Shown: piece by piece, positions 1-10,537 of the stretch
Position numbering within the stretch: position 1 is the stretch's first letter
How the letters are laid out: every line of letters begins with the position of its first letter
Virus record (IMG/VR): IMGVR_UViG_3300033076_000834
Location: 1-40,442 of that record
Direction: 5' to 3' (one strand)
Origin: a virus
Lineage: Duplodnaviria; Caudoviricetes
DNA: 40,442 nucleotides
Notes under the pieces: model-generated
Database searches by the model: none
What the model saw: only the letters and a program-made list of their open reading frames with translations
Told to the model about the DNA's origin: nothing
Program-made: the position numbers and the translations under genes

Positions 1-6
1 AATAAA

Positions 7-279
7 ATGAAAGAATTAATGGACAATGCTAAAGCATATTATCAGCATATCAGAATTATATCTAAAATGTATGCTCGCGTTCATGAACATAATGTTAATG
101 TTGAAGGTAATCAGGAACGAATTAATTATATTAGAGGATTAATTACTAGAAGAGAACATAACATGGATGCTTTTTATAACCAGGTATTTAAGGAAACATT
201 AGATCCATTTACATTATTAAGAGAAAAAGAAATAGAACAATTTAAAAACCAAACAGATGAAAATAGTAGCAATAAGTGA
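7..279 (+). CDS. hypothetical protein
   Basis: 90-aa ORF overlapping the next gene; no recognisable motif. Confidence 0.6.
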   Translation: MKELMDNAKAYYQHIRIISKMYARVHEHNVNVEGNQERINYIRGLITRREHNMDAFYNQVFKETLDPFTLLREKEIEQFKNQTDENSSNK

Positions 280-991
280 TACTCATACATTTCATGAGCG
301 TTTAACTAGTAATGCTAACTTTCCTAATAAGTTACCTTATGGTGATTTACTTATTCATGCTGGTGATTTTTCTAGTACAGGTAAGAAAGGTGAAGTAGAG
401 GATTTTATCAATTGGTTAAAACAAATAGCAACTAATTACACATATGGTGTAGTATTTATTGCTGGTAATCATGATCGTTCATTCGATCCAAAATTTAATT
501 ATGAAGATAATCAAAAAAATAAGCCCCAATGGTTGGTTGATATTTTATCTGATATTCAATCTAGCGGCAATATTCACTATCTTGAAAATAGCTCGATTAA
601 TATAAACGGCTATAATATTTGGGGTTCACCTGTTACACCTTGGTTTCATGGTGATAGATGGGCATTTAATAAACATAGAGGTGAAGAAATTAAAGCAGTA
701 TGGGATACAATTCCAACTGACACGGACATTATTATCACTCATGGTCCTGTAGCATATAAATTAGACTTTACAGTTTATGATAGATTATATGTAGGGTGTG
801 AGGACCTAAGAAAGGCAGTTAACTTTATAAAGCCAAAATTGCATATATCAGGACATATACATGAAGGGCATGATGTTGATTATGATGAACATACAACATA
901 TGTTAACGCTAGTATTTGTACTTTAAGTTATGATCCAACAAATATGCCTTGGGAAATAGAATTATTAAACAATGAAGTATTAATTAAATAA
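257..991 (+). CDS. calcineurin-like metallophosphoesterase (MPPED/239FB-like)
   Basis: Motifs SDTH, HAGDF, GNHD, THGP, GHIHE. Confidence 0.92.
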   Translation: MKIVAISDTHTFHERLTSNANFPNKLPYGDLLIHAGDFSSTGKKGEVEDFINWLKQIATNYTYGVVFIAGNHDRSFDPKFNYEDNQKNKPQWLVDILSDIQSSGNIHYLENSSININGYNIWGSPVTPWFHGDRWAFNKHRGEEIKAVWDTIPTDTDIIITHGPVAYKLDFTVYDRLYVGCEDLRKAVNFIKPKLHISGHIHEGHDVDYDEHTTYVNASICTLSYDPTNMPWEIELLNNEVLIK

Positions 992-997
992 AAATAT

Positions 998-1108
998 ATG
1001 AAAAAATTTAAATGGCTTGAGACTATAGGTTTAATCACTATAGCATCATTTTTACTTTACATTTTATATTGGGGTTTTAGAATGATATTTTATGCTTGGA
1101 CTATCTAA
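998..1108 (+). CDS. small membrane protein (36 aa, not in ORF track)
   Basis: MKKFKWLETIGLITIASFLLYILYWGFRMIFYAWTI*; fills the intergenic gap, A-rich leader, one hydrophobic segment. Confidence 0.55.
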   Translation: MKKFKWLETIGLITIASFLLYILYWGFRMIFYAWTI

Positions 1109-1301
1109 GAAAAAAAAGGAAAAACGAGATTGGTTTGTAGTCTATAGTGACTATGGATACTTTAAGGGTTTAGCTAATGGTGGACAATTAATATGGACAC
1201 AAGATGAAACCGAGGCTAAACCCTTAGATCATCCTAATAAAATGAGAATGATAAAATTTTTGGCTCCTAAAGATATAGAAGTTATATTAGAGTATATATG
1301 A
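1092..1301 (+). CDS. hypothetical protein
   Basis: 69-aa ORF with ATGA overlap into the clamp loader gene. Confidence 0.6.
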   Translation: MLGLSKKKKEKRDWFVVYSDYGYFKGLANGGQLIWTQDETEAKPLDHPNKMRMIKFLAPKDIEVILEYI

Positions 1302-2182
1302 GTAAACATACATTATGGGTTGAGAAATATAGACCCGATACATTAGAAGGTTATTTAGGTAATGAAGATTTTATAACTAGTTTAGAAACATGGATTAGTA
1401 AAAATGATTTTCCTAATCTATTGCTTTATGGTCCTGCTGGTACTGGTAAAACAACAGCAGCTAAATTGGTAGTTAAAAATATCAATTGCGATCACTTATA
1501 CTTAAACTGTAGTGATGAGAATGGTATTGATATAATTAGAGACAAAGTAAAACAATTCGCTTCAGGCGCTACATTTAAACCACTTAAAGTAGTAATATTA
1601 GATGAAGCTGATTTCTTAACTATAAATGCTCAAGCAGCACTTAGAAATGTTATTGAGTCATTTAGTTTAACTACTAGGTTTATATTCACTTGTAACTTTG
1701 TTGAACGTATTATTGATCCATTACAATCCAGATTAACTACATTCGCATTAAATACTCCCGAAGCAAAAACCATAGCTAAACGTTTAAAAGAAATACTTGA
1801 TACAGAACAAGTAGAGTATGATATTAAAGATGTAGTTGATATAGTAAAGAAAACATACCCAGATATTAGACGTTCAATTAATTTACTTCAAGGAATGTCT
1901 ATTGGAGGTAAGTTAGTACTTAAGAAAATTACTGATGGTAGCTATATAGAACAAATTATTAGTGAGGCTAAGTCTAAAAAGAAAACAGCATTTAACTCTA
2001 TTAGACAAATTATAGCTGACAATGATATAAATGACTTTACAGGTCTATATAAAGCACTTCATAATGAATTTTCATCAGCTGAAGCAACTATAATAATTGA
2101 AGAGTATTTATTTCATTCAACTACAATACCTGATAAAGAAATATGCTTTATGGGTTGTGTAGGTAAATTATTAAACATATGA
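1298..2182 (+). CDS. sliding clamp loader AAA+ subunit (T4 gp44 / RFC small subunit-like)
   Basis: LWVEKYRP N-terminus, Walker A GPAGTGKT, Walker B ILDEAD, AQAALR, LQSR. Confidence 0.95.
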   Translation: MSKHTLWVEKYRPDTLEGYLGNEDFITSLETWISKNDFPNLLLYGPAGTGKTTAAKLVVKNINCDHLYLNCSDENGIDIIRDKVKQFASGATFKPLKVVILDEADFLTINAQAALRNVIESFSLTTRFIFTCNFVERIIDPLQSRLTTFALNTPEAKTIAKRLKEILDTEQVEYDIKDVVDIVKKTYPDIRRSINLLQGMSIGGKLVLKKITDGSYIEQIISEAKSKKKTAFNSIRQIIADNDINDFTGLYKALHNEFSSAEATIIIEEYLFHSTTIPDKEICFMGCVGKLLNI

Positions 2183-2853
2183 GTAAAATAGATTTTATAA
2201 AGAAATTAGAGGATGTTTGTGGTGATATAGAACTTTCTATTGAAGATGCTTGTAAGGTAACAAATGATTTTATTATTACTGATAAAGTTAATGTTGGTAT
2301 TAAAAAAGTAAGTAGAGATGTATTAATAGGTTTAATACCAAAAATATTTGATAATACAAATAAAGTAATAGAATTTGCTAATAAAATTTATAACCAGTAT
2401 GAAAATAACATTTGTACTATTTATTTTGGCTATTCTAATGGTTCTAAAGAATTATACTTTGAACTTAAAATTAATCCAACTGAGTCATCTGAGATAATAT
2501 CTTATGATGAAGATAATGATGTGGTTAGTAATTATACATTCACATTTGATATTAATGACAAAGCTAAAGAATTCGCTACCGATATATTTAATAAAACAGG
2601 TTTAATAATACCATCAATAGATACTTATTTTAAGTGTGGTTTTAATAAAAACAATACTATGTATCTTTATGTGTTTGAACCATTAATTGGTTTATCATCT
2701 ATGTTAAAAACGTATTGCAAAGATATGAACTTTAATATAACTGATTTAGAAAATTGGTTAGATGAACATTCATCAGATGTATTAACTTTTATAGGTTATA
2801 AAAAAGAAAACGATAAAACATTTTTAAACATTTATACAAAAAACAAAATATGA
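2179..2853 (+). CDS. hypothetical protein
   Basis: 224-aa ORF with ATGA overlaps on both sides. Confidence 0.7.
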   Translation: MSKIDFIKKLEDVCGDIELSIEDACKVTNDFIITDKVNVGIKKVSRDVLIGLIPKIFDNTNKVIEFANKIYNQYENNICTIYFGYSNGSKELYFELKINPTESSEIISYDEDNDVVSNYTFTFDINDKAKEFATDIFNKTGLIIPSIDTYFKCGFNKNNTMYLYVFEPLIGLSSMLKTYCKDMNFNITDLENWLDEHSSDVLTFIGYKKENDKTFLNIYTKNKI

Positions 2854-3092
2854 GTCAAGAACAAATGAAAATGAACATTGACCTAAAGAAAACAACCGCT
2901 ATCACTTGTGATGAGTGTGGTAAAGCTGTTTTTCAAGAGGGTTTAATGCTTAGAAAAGCAAACAAATTTTTAGTTGGTACACAACAGGATGCTCTTATTC
3001 CATTACCTGTATTTTCATGCGCTGCATGTGGACACGTTAATGAAGAGTTTTACCCTGAACCACTTAAAAACTTAGATAATGAATCTATTTAG
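2850..3092 (+). CDS. zinc-ribbon protein
   Basis: CDEC ... CAACGH cysteine pairs. Confidence 0.7.
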   Translation: MSQEQMKMNIDLKKTTAITCDECGKAVFQEGLMLRKANKFLVGTQQDALIPLPVFSCAACGHVNEEFYPEPLKNLDNESI

Positions 3093-3486
3093 TTGGCTAG
3101 AAGAAATAACAACCAGTAAACGCCCATGGGATAGTTTTACAGACAGTGATAAAGAGGCATTTAATGTCTTTATGATTCATCGTTTTGTAAGTATGGATCA
3201 AAACTATATTGATGTAGTTAATATGATTCAAACCTATCCTAATGCTTCTCGTAGACATGTTTATAATTTCTACTGTGAAGTATTACCTAAAAAGAAAACA
3301 TTCTTTAGATATATTAAATCTAAGAATAAATGGGATAACGAAATACTAGGTAAAGTAGCTAACTATTATAAAATCAGCACTCGCGAAGCTAAAGATTGTA
3401 TATCAGTTCTAACTGATGAATCTCTTAAAAATATACTTAACATAGGGACGTCAAGTACAAATACAAAAAGGAGAAACAAGAAATGA
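3079..3486 (+). CDS. clamp loader small subunit (T4 gp62-like)
   Basis: FMIHRFVSM...YNFY...LPKKKTFFRYIK pattern resembles gp62; size and proximity to the gp44-like gene fit. Confidence 0.75.
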   Translation: MNLFSWLEEITTSKRPWDSFTDSDKEAFNVFMIHRFVSMDQNYIDVVNMIQTYPNASRRHVYNFYCEVLPKKKTFFRYIKSKNKWDNEILGKVANYYKISTREAKDCISVLTDESLKNILNIGTSSTNTKRRNKK

Positions 3487-3797
3487 TAACATTCATATTA
3501 GGAGTTTCAGCTGCGATAGTAGTTGGGATGCTTGTTTGGTTTGCTGTTGACACTATTAAGTCATTAAAGCGAATTAAGCAATTAGAAGAACAAACAAATG
3601 AGTTACAAAATGAGATCATGCGTCGTTGTGATCAAATTGAAAGACAATTAGATGATATAGTTGGTAATGTGTATCGTAAGATTGATGACAACTATAATTA
3701 CACTAATTCACGATTAGATAAATTCGCTAATGTAGTTGATCGTGACTACGTTAGAAAAAAGAATAAATTAGATAACACGATCGATTATAATAACTAA
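3483..3797 (+). CDS. membrane-anchored coiled-coil protein
   Basis: N-terminal hydrophobic helix followed by heptad-like segment. Confidence 0.65.
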   Translation: MITFILGVSAAIVVGMLVWFAVDTIKSLKRIKQLEEQTNELQNEIMRRCDQIERQLDDIVGNVYRKIDDNYNYTNSRLDKFANVVDRDYVRKKNKLDNTIDYNN

Positions 3798-3805
3798 CAA
3801 TTAAC

Positions 3806-3836
3806 TTGGCGTCCCTAATTAAGTTAACTATATTTA
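3806..3836 (+). promoter_or_regulatory. Bacteroidota-type promoter (TTG-N20-TATATTTA)
   Basis: TTG at 3806, TATATTTA at 3829-3836, intergenic, 4 nt before the ATG. Confidence 0.5.
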
Positions 3837-3840
3837 CATT

Positions 3841-4047
3841 ATGCAATTAGACTCAGTAGTAACAACAATAATTGAACAGTTCAAAGAACGTTCAGAACGA
3901 GGTAAAGCGAAATATGGAGTTGATTTAGACAGAACAGAACTATCATTATTAGAATGGATTGAACATGTTAAACAAGAACATATGGATGCAATCCTATATT
4001 TAGAAAAAATTAAACAAGTTATAAGTGGCCAAAGCAAAGTTGACTGA
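3841..4047 (+). CDS. small helical phage protein, possibly all-alpha NTP pyrophosphatase-like
   Basis: RGKAKYG...WIEHVKQEHMDAILYL pattern; function inferred. Confidence 0.5.
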   Translation: MQLDSVVTTIIEQFKERSERGKAKYGVDLDRTELSLLEWIEHVKQEHMDAILYLEKIKQVISGQSKVD

Positions 4048-4966
4048 GATAGAATTAAAAATTAAAACACATCAATTAAAAGAAATTGATTATAGATATC
4101 AGTCTACTGTATCTTATTCTCAGTATTCAATTTGGCGTAAATGTCCTCATCAATGGGCTTTAGCTTATCTTAAAGGCTTAGCTCCATATACAGCCTCAAT
4201 CCATACTATATTCGGAACTGCTATTCATGAGACGATGCAACATTATTTACAAGTAATGTATGATCAAAGTGGAGCAGCAGCTGATAGAGAAGATATTATA
4301 GGAATGTTTAATGAACGTTTTAAGTCTATTTATAAATCTGAATTTGATAAAACAAAACAACATTTCTCTAGTCCAGATGAAATGAGAGAGTTTTATGAAG
4401 ATGGAGTTAATATACTTGAATGGTTTAAAAAACATCGTTCTCAATTCTTCACTACACGTAATGTAGTATTATTAGGTATTGAGATGCCTTTAATGGTAGG
4501 TCTATCTAAAAATTTATTCCTTAAAGGCTATATTGATTTTGTATTATATGATAAAGATTTAGATAAAATTTATATCTATGATATCAAAACATCTAGATCA
4601 GGATGGAATGATAAGGCTAAGAAAGATGAGATTAAATTAGCTCAAATATTATTATATAAAGAATATTTTGCTAAGCAATATAATATTGATGTTGAGAAAA
4701 TTGAAGTTGAATTCTTTATATTGAAGAGAAAGATATGGGAGAATGATGCATTTACTATTCCTTATATAACTGAGTTTAAACCAGCTAGTGGTAAAATTAA
4801 ACGTAAACAAGCTATCGATAAATTTAATTCATTCCTAACTGAATGTTTTGATAACGATGGTAAGATGATAAATAAAGAATATCAAAAAATAGTAAGTAAA
4901 GATTCTTGTACATACTGTCCATTCAATAATAATAAAGAGCTTTGTAACAAGGTGGTTGTTTCTTAA
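4025..4966 (+). CDS. PD-(D/E)XK nuclease, Cas4/AddB-like, probable Fe-S cluster
   Basis: SYSQ...KCP, FGTAIHE, E...GYIDFV...IYDIKT, Q..LY, C-terminal CTYCPF...C. Confidence 0.88.
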   Translation: MAKAKLTEIELKIKTHQLKEIDYRYQSTVSYSQYSIWRKCPHQWALAYLKGLAPYTASIHTIFGTAIHETMQHYLQVMYDQSGAAADREDIIGMFNERFKSIYKSEFDKTKQHFSSPDEMREFYEDGVNILEWFKKHRSQFFTTRNVVLLGIEMPLMVGLSKNLFLKGYIDFVLYDKDLDKIYIYDIKTSRSGWNDKAKKDEIKLAQILLYKEYFAKQYNIDVEKIEVEFFILKRKIWENDAFTIPYITEFKPASGKIKRKQAIDKFNSFLTECFDNDGKMINKEYQKIVSKDSCTYCPFNNNKELCNKVVVS

Positions 4967-4975
4967 ACTATACGT

Positions 4976-4984
4976 ATATTTATA
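4976..4984 (+). promoter_or_regulatory. ATATTTATA motif (candidate phage late/middle promoter)
   Basis: Intergenic copy upstream of 5002; the same 9-mer lies upstream of several other genes. Confidence 0.4.
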
Positions 4985-5001
4985 TATATAAAATATATGA
5001 T

Positions 5002-5196
5002 ATGGGAGACAACAAATTAACAAGTGTAAAAGTAAATGAAGAATTATTTGAAGAATTTAAAGTGATGTGTGTTAGAACAAAGTTTTCACTTCAAAAATTA
5101 GTAGATAGAAGTATTCACTTATATTTAACTAATGAAGAGTATAGAAAAGAAATGCATAACCACACTAATTTAGCATTATCAGGTAGTCAATCTTAA
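5002..5196 (+). CDS. small DNA-binding protein, ribbon-helix-helix-like
   Basis: LTSVKV strand followed by two helices (ELFEEFK, SLQKLVDRSIHLY). Confidence 0.6.
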   Translation: MGDNKLTSVKVNEELFEEFKVMCVRTKFSLQKLVDRSIHLYLTNEEYRKEMHNHTNLALSGSQS

Positions 5197-5216
5197 AAAA
5201 ACAATTTAAATCCGTT

Positions 5217-6659
5217 ATGAGTAAAGAAGGTTATATTCCTAAGGAACAAAGAAAAAAAGTACTATTGCTTTGTGATGACATTAGATTCACATCAGGCATA
5301 GCAACTATAGCTAGAGAGATGGTTATTGGTACATCTCATAAATTCAATTGGGTTAACGTAGGTGGAGCAATTCAACATCCAGAAGTAGGACAGCGATTAG
5401 ATGTTAGTGGTGACACTAACAAACATAATGAAATAGATGATTCAAGTGTTATTATATATCCTGTTAATGGATATGGCGATCAACATTTGATAAGAAATCT
5501 AATATCAATGGAAAAACCAGACGCGTTAATGTTTTTTACTGATCCAAGATATTGGGGTTGGTTATTCCAAATGGAAAATGAAATCAGAAGTAAAATACCA
5601 ATGATTTATCTTAACATATGGGATGACTATCCAGCGCCAATGTATAATGAATCGTTTTATGAGTCATGTGATGGACTAATGTCTATATCAAAACAAACAC
5701 TTAACATTAATAAGTTAGTATTAGGTGATAAGGTTAAAGACAAAGTATTAAGTTATGTGCCACATGGTATCAATGAAAAGATTTTTTATCCAATTGAAAA
5801 ATCAGATGTGTTGGATAACTTTAAAAAACAATTATTTAAAGGTAAAGAATATGATTTTGTTTTAATGTTTAATTCTAGAAATATTAGACGTAAATCAGTT
5901 CCTGATACATTAGCAGCGTTTAAGTTATTTTTAGATATGTTACCTAAAGATAAAGCTGATAAATGTGCTTTTGTTTTACATACTCAGCCTATTGATGAGC
6001 ATGGTACTGATTTATATGCAGTACGAGATATGTTATTCACAGATGAACAATGTGGTCAAATATATTTCTCAGATCAAAAACAACCCGCTGACACTATGAA
6101 TTTATTATATAACTCATCTGATGCTGTTATATTATTAAGTGCAAATGAAGGTTGGGGATTATCATTAACTGAAGCTATGATGTGCGGTAAACCAATTATA
6201 GCTAATGTTACAGGAGGAATGCAAGACCAAATGCGTTTTGAAGATAAAGATGGTAATTGGATTGAATTTGATGATAAGTTTTGCTCTAACCATTATGGAA
6301 CTATTACATCACATGGTAAATGGGCTTATCCAGTATTTCCAAGTAATAGAAGTATTCAAGGTTCTGTAGCTACACCTTATATATTTGATGATAGAGCTGA
6401 TTTTAGAGACGCTGCTGATAAGATTAAAAATATATATGATACTAAAATGAACAACCCAGAGTATTATAAAGGAGTTTGTAGCGCAGCTCGTGAATGGGTT
6501 ACATCAGAAGAATCAGGCATGTCAGCTAAAAACATGTGTGTTAATATTATTAACCATGTTGATGAAGTACTTAAGACATTTAAGCCTAGAAAGTCATTTG
6601 AGTTAATTAAGACAGAACCAATTAAAAGAAAACATATTCGCCATAATTTAATTTATTAA
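5217..6659 (+). CDS. glycosyltransferase, GT-B fold (GT4-like)
   Basis: VPHGI, RNIRRK, EGWGLSLTEAMMCGKPIIA (EX7E motif). Confidence 0.9.
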   Translation: MSKEGYIPKEQRKKVLLLCDDIRFTSGIATIAREMVIGTSHKFNWVNVGGAIQHPEVGQRLDVSGDTNKHNEIDDSSVIIYPVNGYGDQHLIRNLISMEKPDALMFFTDPRYWGWLFQMENEIRSKIPMIYLNIWDDYPAPMYNESFYESCDGLMSISKQTLNINKLVLGDKVKDKVLSYVPHGINEKIFYPIEKSDVLDNFKKQLFKGKEYDFVLMFNSRNIRRKSVPDTLAAFKLFLDMLPKDKADKCAFVLHTQPIDEHGTDLYAVRDMLFTDEQCGQIYFSDQKQPADTMNLLYNSSDAVILLSANEGWGLSLTEAMMCGKPIIANVTGGMQDQMRFEDKDGNWIEFDDKFCSNHYGTITSHGKWAYPVFPSNRSIQGSVATPYIFDDRADFRDAADKIKNIYDTKMNNPEYYKGVCSAAREWVTSEESGMSAKNMCVNIINHVDEVLKTFKPRKSFELIKTEPIKRKHIRHNLIY

Positions 6660-6664
6660 TAGTT

Positions 6665-7942
6665 ATGAAACCATTATTAGTTATAAGTTGCCCTATCGAG
6701 ACAATGTCTGGATATGGAGCTAGAAGTAGAGATATTATTAAAGCATTATTAAAGTACGATAAATACGATATTAAAGTTATCTCACAACGTTGGGGTAACA
6801 CAGCGTGGAATGCTTTAGATGAAAATAAACCTGAGGATAAACAATTATTAGATTTAATTTGGAAACAACCTCAATTACCTCAACAACCAGATGTTTGGAT
6901 TCAGGTTACTGTTCCAAATGAATTTCAAGCAGTAGGTAAATATAATATTGGTATTACAGCTGGTATTGAAACAACTATATGTGATCCAAGTTGGATTGAA
7001 GGTATTAATAGAATGAATTTAACATTAGTATCATCTCAACATGCTAAAAAAGTATTTGAAGATTCAACATTTGAAAAACGAGATAAAAATACAAATCAAG
7101 TAGTTGAAGTAGTTAAATTAAATAAACCAGTTGAAGTATTATTTGAAGGTGTTGATTTAGATAAGTATAATTTTATACCTGATGAGTTATTAGAAGGTGA
7201 TTTAGTTGAATCATTAGATGATATTAAAGAAGATTTTTGTTATTTGTTTGTAGGCCATTGGTTACAAGGACAAATAGGTGAAGATAGAAAGAATGTAGGT
7301 TATATGATTAAAGCATTCTTAGAGTTATTTAAAAATAAGAAAACAAAACCTGCTTTAATATTAAAAACATCTCAAGTAGCTAATTCAATTTTAGATAGAG
7401 AAGAAATATTAAAGAAAATAGATGCTATTAAACAAACAGTTAATGGTGATTTACCTAGTATTTATTTATTACATGGTGATTTAGAAGATAAAGATATAAA
7501 CCAATTATACAACCATCCGAAAGTAAAGGCAATGGTTAGTTTAACTAAAGGTGAAGGTTTTGGTAGACCATTACTTGAATTTAGTTTATCTAAAAAACCT
7601 ATTATAGCAAGTAATTGGAGCGGACATATAGATTTTTTACACCAAGATTATAATGTATTAATAGGAGGTAAATTAACTAACGTACATGAGTCAGCAGCTG
7701 CAAAAAATATGTTATTACAAGAAGCACAATGGTTTACTCCAGACGATGCTAGTGTAGCTGATGCATTTAAAAATGTTTATAATGACTATAACAAGTATGT
7801 TGATTTAGCTAAACGTCAGGCACATTACGCTAAAACTAATTTTTCATTTGATGCAATGGCTAAATTGTTAGATGAAATTTTAGAAGATAAAGTACCTAAA
7901 CAAGTAGAACTTAAATTACCTAAATTGAAAAAAGTAGAATAA
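6665..7942 (+). CDS. glycosyltransferase, GT-B fold (GT4-like)
   Basis: SGYG, DRKN, EGFGRPLLEF...KPIIASNWSG. Confidence 0.9.
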   Translation: MKPLLVISCPIETMSGYGARSRDIIKALLKYDKYDIKVISQRWGNTAWNALDENKPEDKQLLDLIWKQPQLPQQPDVWIQVTVPNEFQAVGKYNIGITAGIETTICDPSWIEGINRMNLTLVSSQHAKKVFEDSTFEKRDKNTNQVVEVVKLNKPVEVLFEGVDLDKYNFIPDELLEGDLVESLDDIKEDFCYLFVGHWLQGQIGEDRKNVGYMIKAFLELFKNKKTKPALILKTSQVANSILDREEILKKIDAIKQTVNGDLPSIYLLHGDLEDKDINQLYNHPKVKAMVSLTKGEGFGRPLLEFSLSKKPIIASNWSGHIDFLHQDYNVLIGGKLTNVHESAAAKNMLLQEAQWFTPDDASVADAFKNVYNDYNKYVDLAKRQAHYAKTNFSFDAMAKLLDEILEDKVPKQVELKLPKLKKVE

Positions 7943-8250
7943 TGACTAGTAAAGAATTTGTTTTATGGCTTAAAGGTTTTATAGCTGGTTCTAATAGTTA
8001 TAATTTAACTCCTCAAGGCTGGACTACACTACAAGAAGAATTAGCTAAAGTAGAGGATGGTATTGATGTTATAATAGATGATGGTGGTATAAGTGAGTAT
8101 ATTAAAAGTAAAAAAACCCCACCATGTGTAGGCCACTCTATAGCTAGTGATGAAGCTGAAATGAATGAACGAATGGATATTATAGGACAAAATGGTAATG
8201 AGGGATTACATTATGAAACAACTCCATTACCAAGTAAAAAAATATATTAA
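7942..8250 (+). CDS. hypothetical protein
   Basis: 102-aa ORF, translationally coupled to upstream gene. Confidence 0.65.
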   Translation: MTSKEFVLWLKGFIAGSNSYNLTPQGWTTLQEELAKVEDGIDVIIDDGGISEYIKSKKTPPCVGHSIASDEAEMNERMDIIGQNGNEGLHYETTPLPSKKIY

Positions 8251-8251
8251 T

Positions 8252-8680
8252 ATGAATGATAAATTAGTTACATGTGCTAGATGTGGTTCAGACGCTTGTT
8301 ATGAACACGAAATTGAAAAAATAACAATATGGAGTTGTATGGGCTGTGGCTTCACAACTAATGAAGTTATGACTGAAGGAAGTAAGTTAGTTACTGAATC
8401 AGAAGAAGTAATGCCTGAGTTATATAAAGATATTAAATTTGTAGATAATGAAAAACGAGTTTGGTATCCAACTGTTATAAACATACCTGATAAAGGTACT
8501 GTATTTGTAAACGGTACAACTAAAGATAATTGGGGTTGGGCAGGTATTAAAGCAATAGAGACTACTGATGAAGAAAAAACTAAAATGAAAGGCGCTCCAT
8601 ATAAATCAGATCCAACAACATTAAAAACATTCCCTCAAGACCAATTTGATGAGGCAGTTGCTTATATTGGTTTAATTTAA
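8252..8680 (+). CDS. zinc-ribbon domain protein
   Basis: CARCGS ... CMGCGF; start moved to ATG 8252, just after the upstream stop. Confidence 0.7.
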   Translation: MNDKLVTCARCGSDACYEHEIEKITIWSCMGCGFTTNEVMTEGSKLVTESEEVMPELYKDIKFVDNEKRVWYPTVINIPDKGTVFVNGTTKDNWGWAGIKAIETTDEEKTKMKGAPYKSDPTTLKTFPQDQFDEAVAYIGLI

Positions 8681-8689
8681 ATTTAAGTT

Positions 8690-9298
8690 ATGGTTAATAT
8701 TAGTTTTGCAATTACTGCTCATAATGAGCATGTTGAGTTAGATCGTTTATTAAAACAACTAACTAATAATATTAAAAAAGAAGATGAAATAGTAATATTA
8801 CTAGACTCTACAGCTACTAGAGAAGTAATTGATGTGATTGGTAAATACAATTTACCTAAACAAATGGGTCGTTTAAATAATGACTTTGCTAAATTTAAAA
8901 ATAGTTTAAAAGATACATGTACTAAGGAATGGATATTCTTTATAGACGCAGATGAGTATTTAAGTGATGTATTATTAGATAATATACATGAAGTACTTGA
9001 AGCAAATAAAGGAATAGTAGATGTTATAGCAGTACCTAGAATTAATACTGTAGATGGTTTAACTAGAGAACATATTGATAAATGGAGATGGTTTGTAGAT
9101 GAAAATGGATATGTTAATTATCCTGATTATCAAACCCGTATATGCGCTAATAAACCTAATATAAATTGGATTAATAAAGTACATGAGCGTTTATCAGGTT
9201 GGAAAACAATAGCTAATCTACCTCATGGATATGATTTAATTCATCCTAAGACAATTGAGAGACAAGAAAGACAAAACAACTATTATAATACAATATGA
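8690..9298 (+). CDS. glycosyltransferase family 2 (GT-A)
   Basis: ISFAITAHNE, WIFFIDADE (DxD), YPDYQTR, VHE. Confidence 0.9.
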   Translation: MVNISFAITAHNEHVELDRLLKQLTNNIKKEDEIVILLDSTATREVIDVIGKYNLPKQMGRLNNDFAKFKNSLKDTCTKEWIFFIDADEYLSDVLLDNIHEVLEANKGIVDVIAVPRINTVDGLTREHIDKWRWFVDENGYVNYPDYQTRICANKPNINWINKVHERLSGWKTIANLPHGYDLIHPKTIERQERQNNYYNTI

Positions 9299-9948
9299 AA
9301 AATATCTTAGCACTAGGAGCACATCCAGATGATCTTGAGTTTGGATGTTTTGGTACTTTAAAAAAATTTATTGATGAGGGTAAAAATGTAACTTTAGTTG
9401 TTATGACAGCTAGTACTGTAGTACACTCTCAAACAAGTAATATAACTAGAACTAAAGAACAAAGTATAAGGGAAGCTCAAGCCGCTGCTAAAGTTATAGG
9501 AGCTGATTTAGTATTGTTACCTTATCAAGATGGTGAAGTACCATTTAGTAAACAAACAGTACATGATATAGAAAAGTTATTAAGTGAACGAAATATAGAT
9601 ACTGTATTCACTCATTGGGCTGGTGATACACATCAGGATCATATTAACACTTTAGAAGCAACATTAGCTGCTAGTAGAATGATTAATAATGTTTTCTGTT
9701 ATGAACAAGTACCATTGCCTAGAGTATGTACAACATATCCTGTTGCTAACTTTTATGTTGATATAACTGATACAATTAGTTATAAAATAGAGGCTAGTAA
9801 AAAACATGATAGTCAAATACAAAAATATTTGAACCAAGGAATTGATTTAATTGATAATTTAGAAACGTTAGCTAGATTTAGAGGTATTCAAATTGGAACT
9901 AAATATGCTGAGGCGTTTAATGTTTTAAAATATAAGTATGATAGTTAA
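9295..9948 (+). CDS. PIG-L family N-acetyl sugar deacetylase
   Basis: AHPDDLE and HQDH metal-binding motifs; C-terminal YAEAF. Confidence 0.92.
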   Translation: MKNILALGAHPDDLEFGCFGTLKKFIDEGKNVTLVVMTASTVVHSQTSNITRTKEQSIREAQAAAKVIGADLVLLPYQDGEVPFSKQTVHDIEKLLSERNIDTVFTHWAGDTHQDHINTLEATLAASRMINNVFCYEQVPLPRVCTTYPVANFYVDITDTISYKIEASKKHDSQIQKYLNQGIDLIDNLETLARFRGIQIGTKYAEAFNVLKYKYDS

Positions 9949-10537
9949 AGAGTCATTTGATAATATATTAAGTAAAGTAGGTGACTTAAGTGATTATAAT
10001 ACTTTAGATATATTTGCTAGAGAAGGAGATTGGCAGTCGTTTAAATTAAATGGTAAAGTTAAATCTTTGGAGGCATGGGAGATAAATGAAGAGTTTATTC
10101 CTAACCTAAAGAAAAATTTACCTGGAGCTAAAGTACAATGTTTAGACTCTATTAATTTAATTAATACAACTGACTATACTAAATTTGATTTAGTTATTAT
10201 AGACAATGGTTTAAATTGTTATGGACCAAATAGAATGTACTGCGAGCACTTTGATTTTATAAATAATATAAAAAATGTGGCTTGGCAAGATTCTTTTATT
10301 ATATTCAATGTAGTAAAGAAACCATTTAACTACTCTAACTATCCAGATTGGATTGATAGACGAAATAAGTTTTATCAAGTAGAGGATAGCTCAGAGTTAA
10401 GTTTAGAGTTTTTTGAAACATTTTATAAACAATTATTTAACAATATAGGTTTTAATGTTACAGAATATTATACTGAATGTAGAGAATATCATGATGACAT
10501 TGATTACTTATACTATGTAGGACTTAGAATATCATGA
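9938..10537 (+). CDS. class I SAM-dependent methyltransferase-like protein
   Basis: LDIFAREG (motif I-like), AWEIN, DS, FDLVIID. Confidence 0.6.
   Translation: MIVKESFDNILSKVGDLSDYNTLDIFAREGDWQSFKLNGKVKSLEAWEINEEFIPNLKKNLPGAKVQCLDSINLINTTDYTKFDLVIIDNGLNCYGPNRMYCEHFDFINNIKNVAWQDSFIIFNVVKKPFNYSNYPDWIDRRNKFYQVEDSSELSLEFFETFYKQLFNNIGFNVTEYYTECREYHDDIDYLYYVGLRIS

Noticed and set aside
4025-4966. Cas4-like nuclease suggesting a CRISPR locus
   Set aside because: No other cas genes or repeat-spacer array seen; stand-alone PD-(D/E)XK nucleases are common in phages
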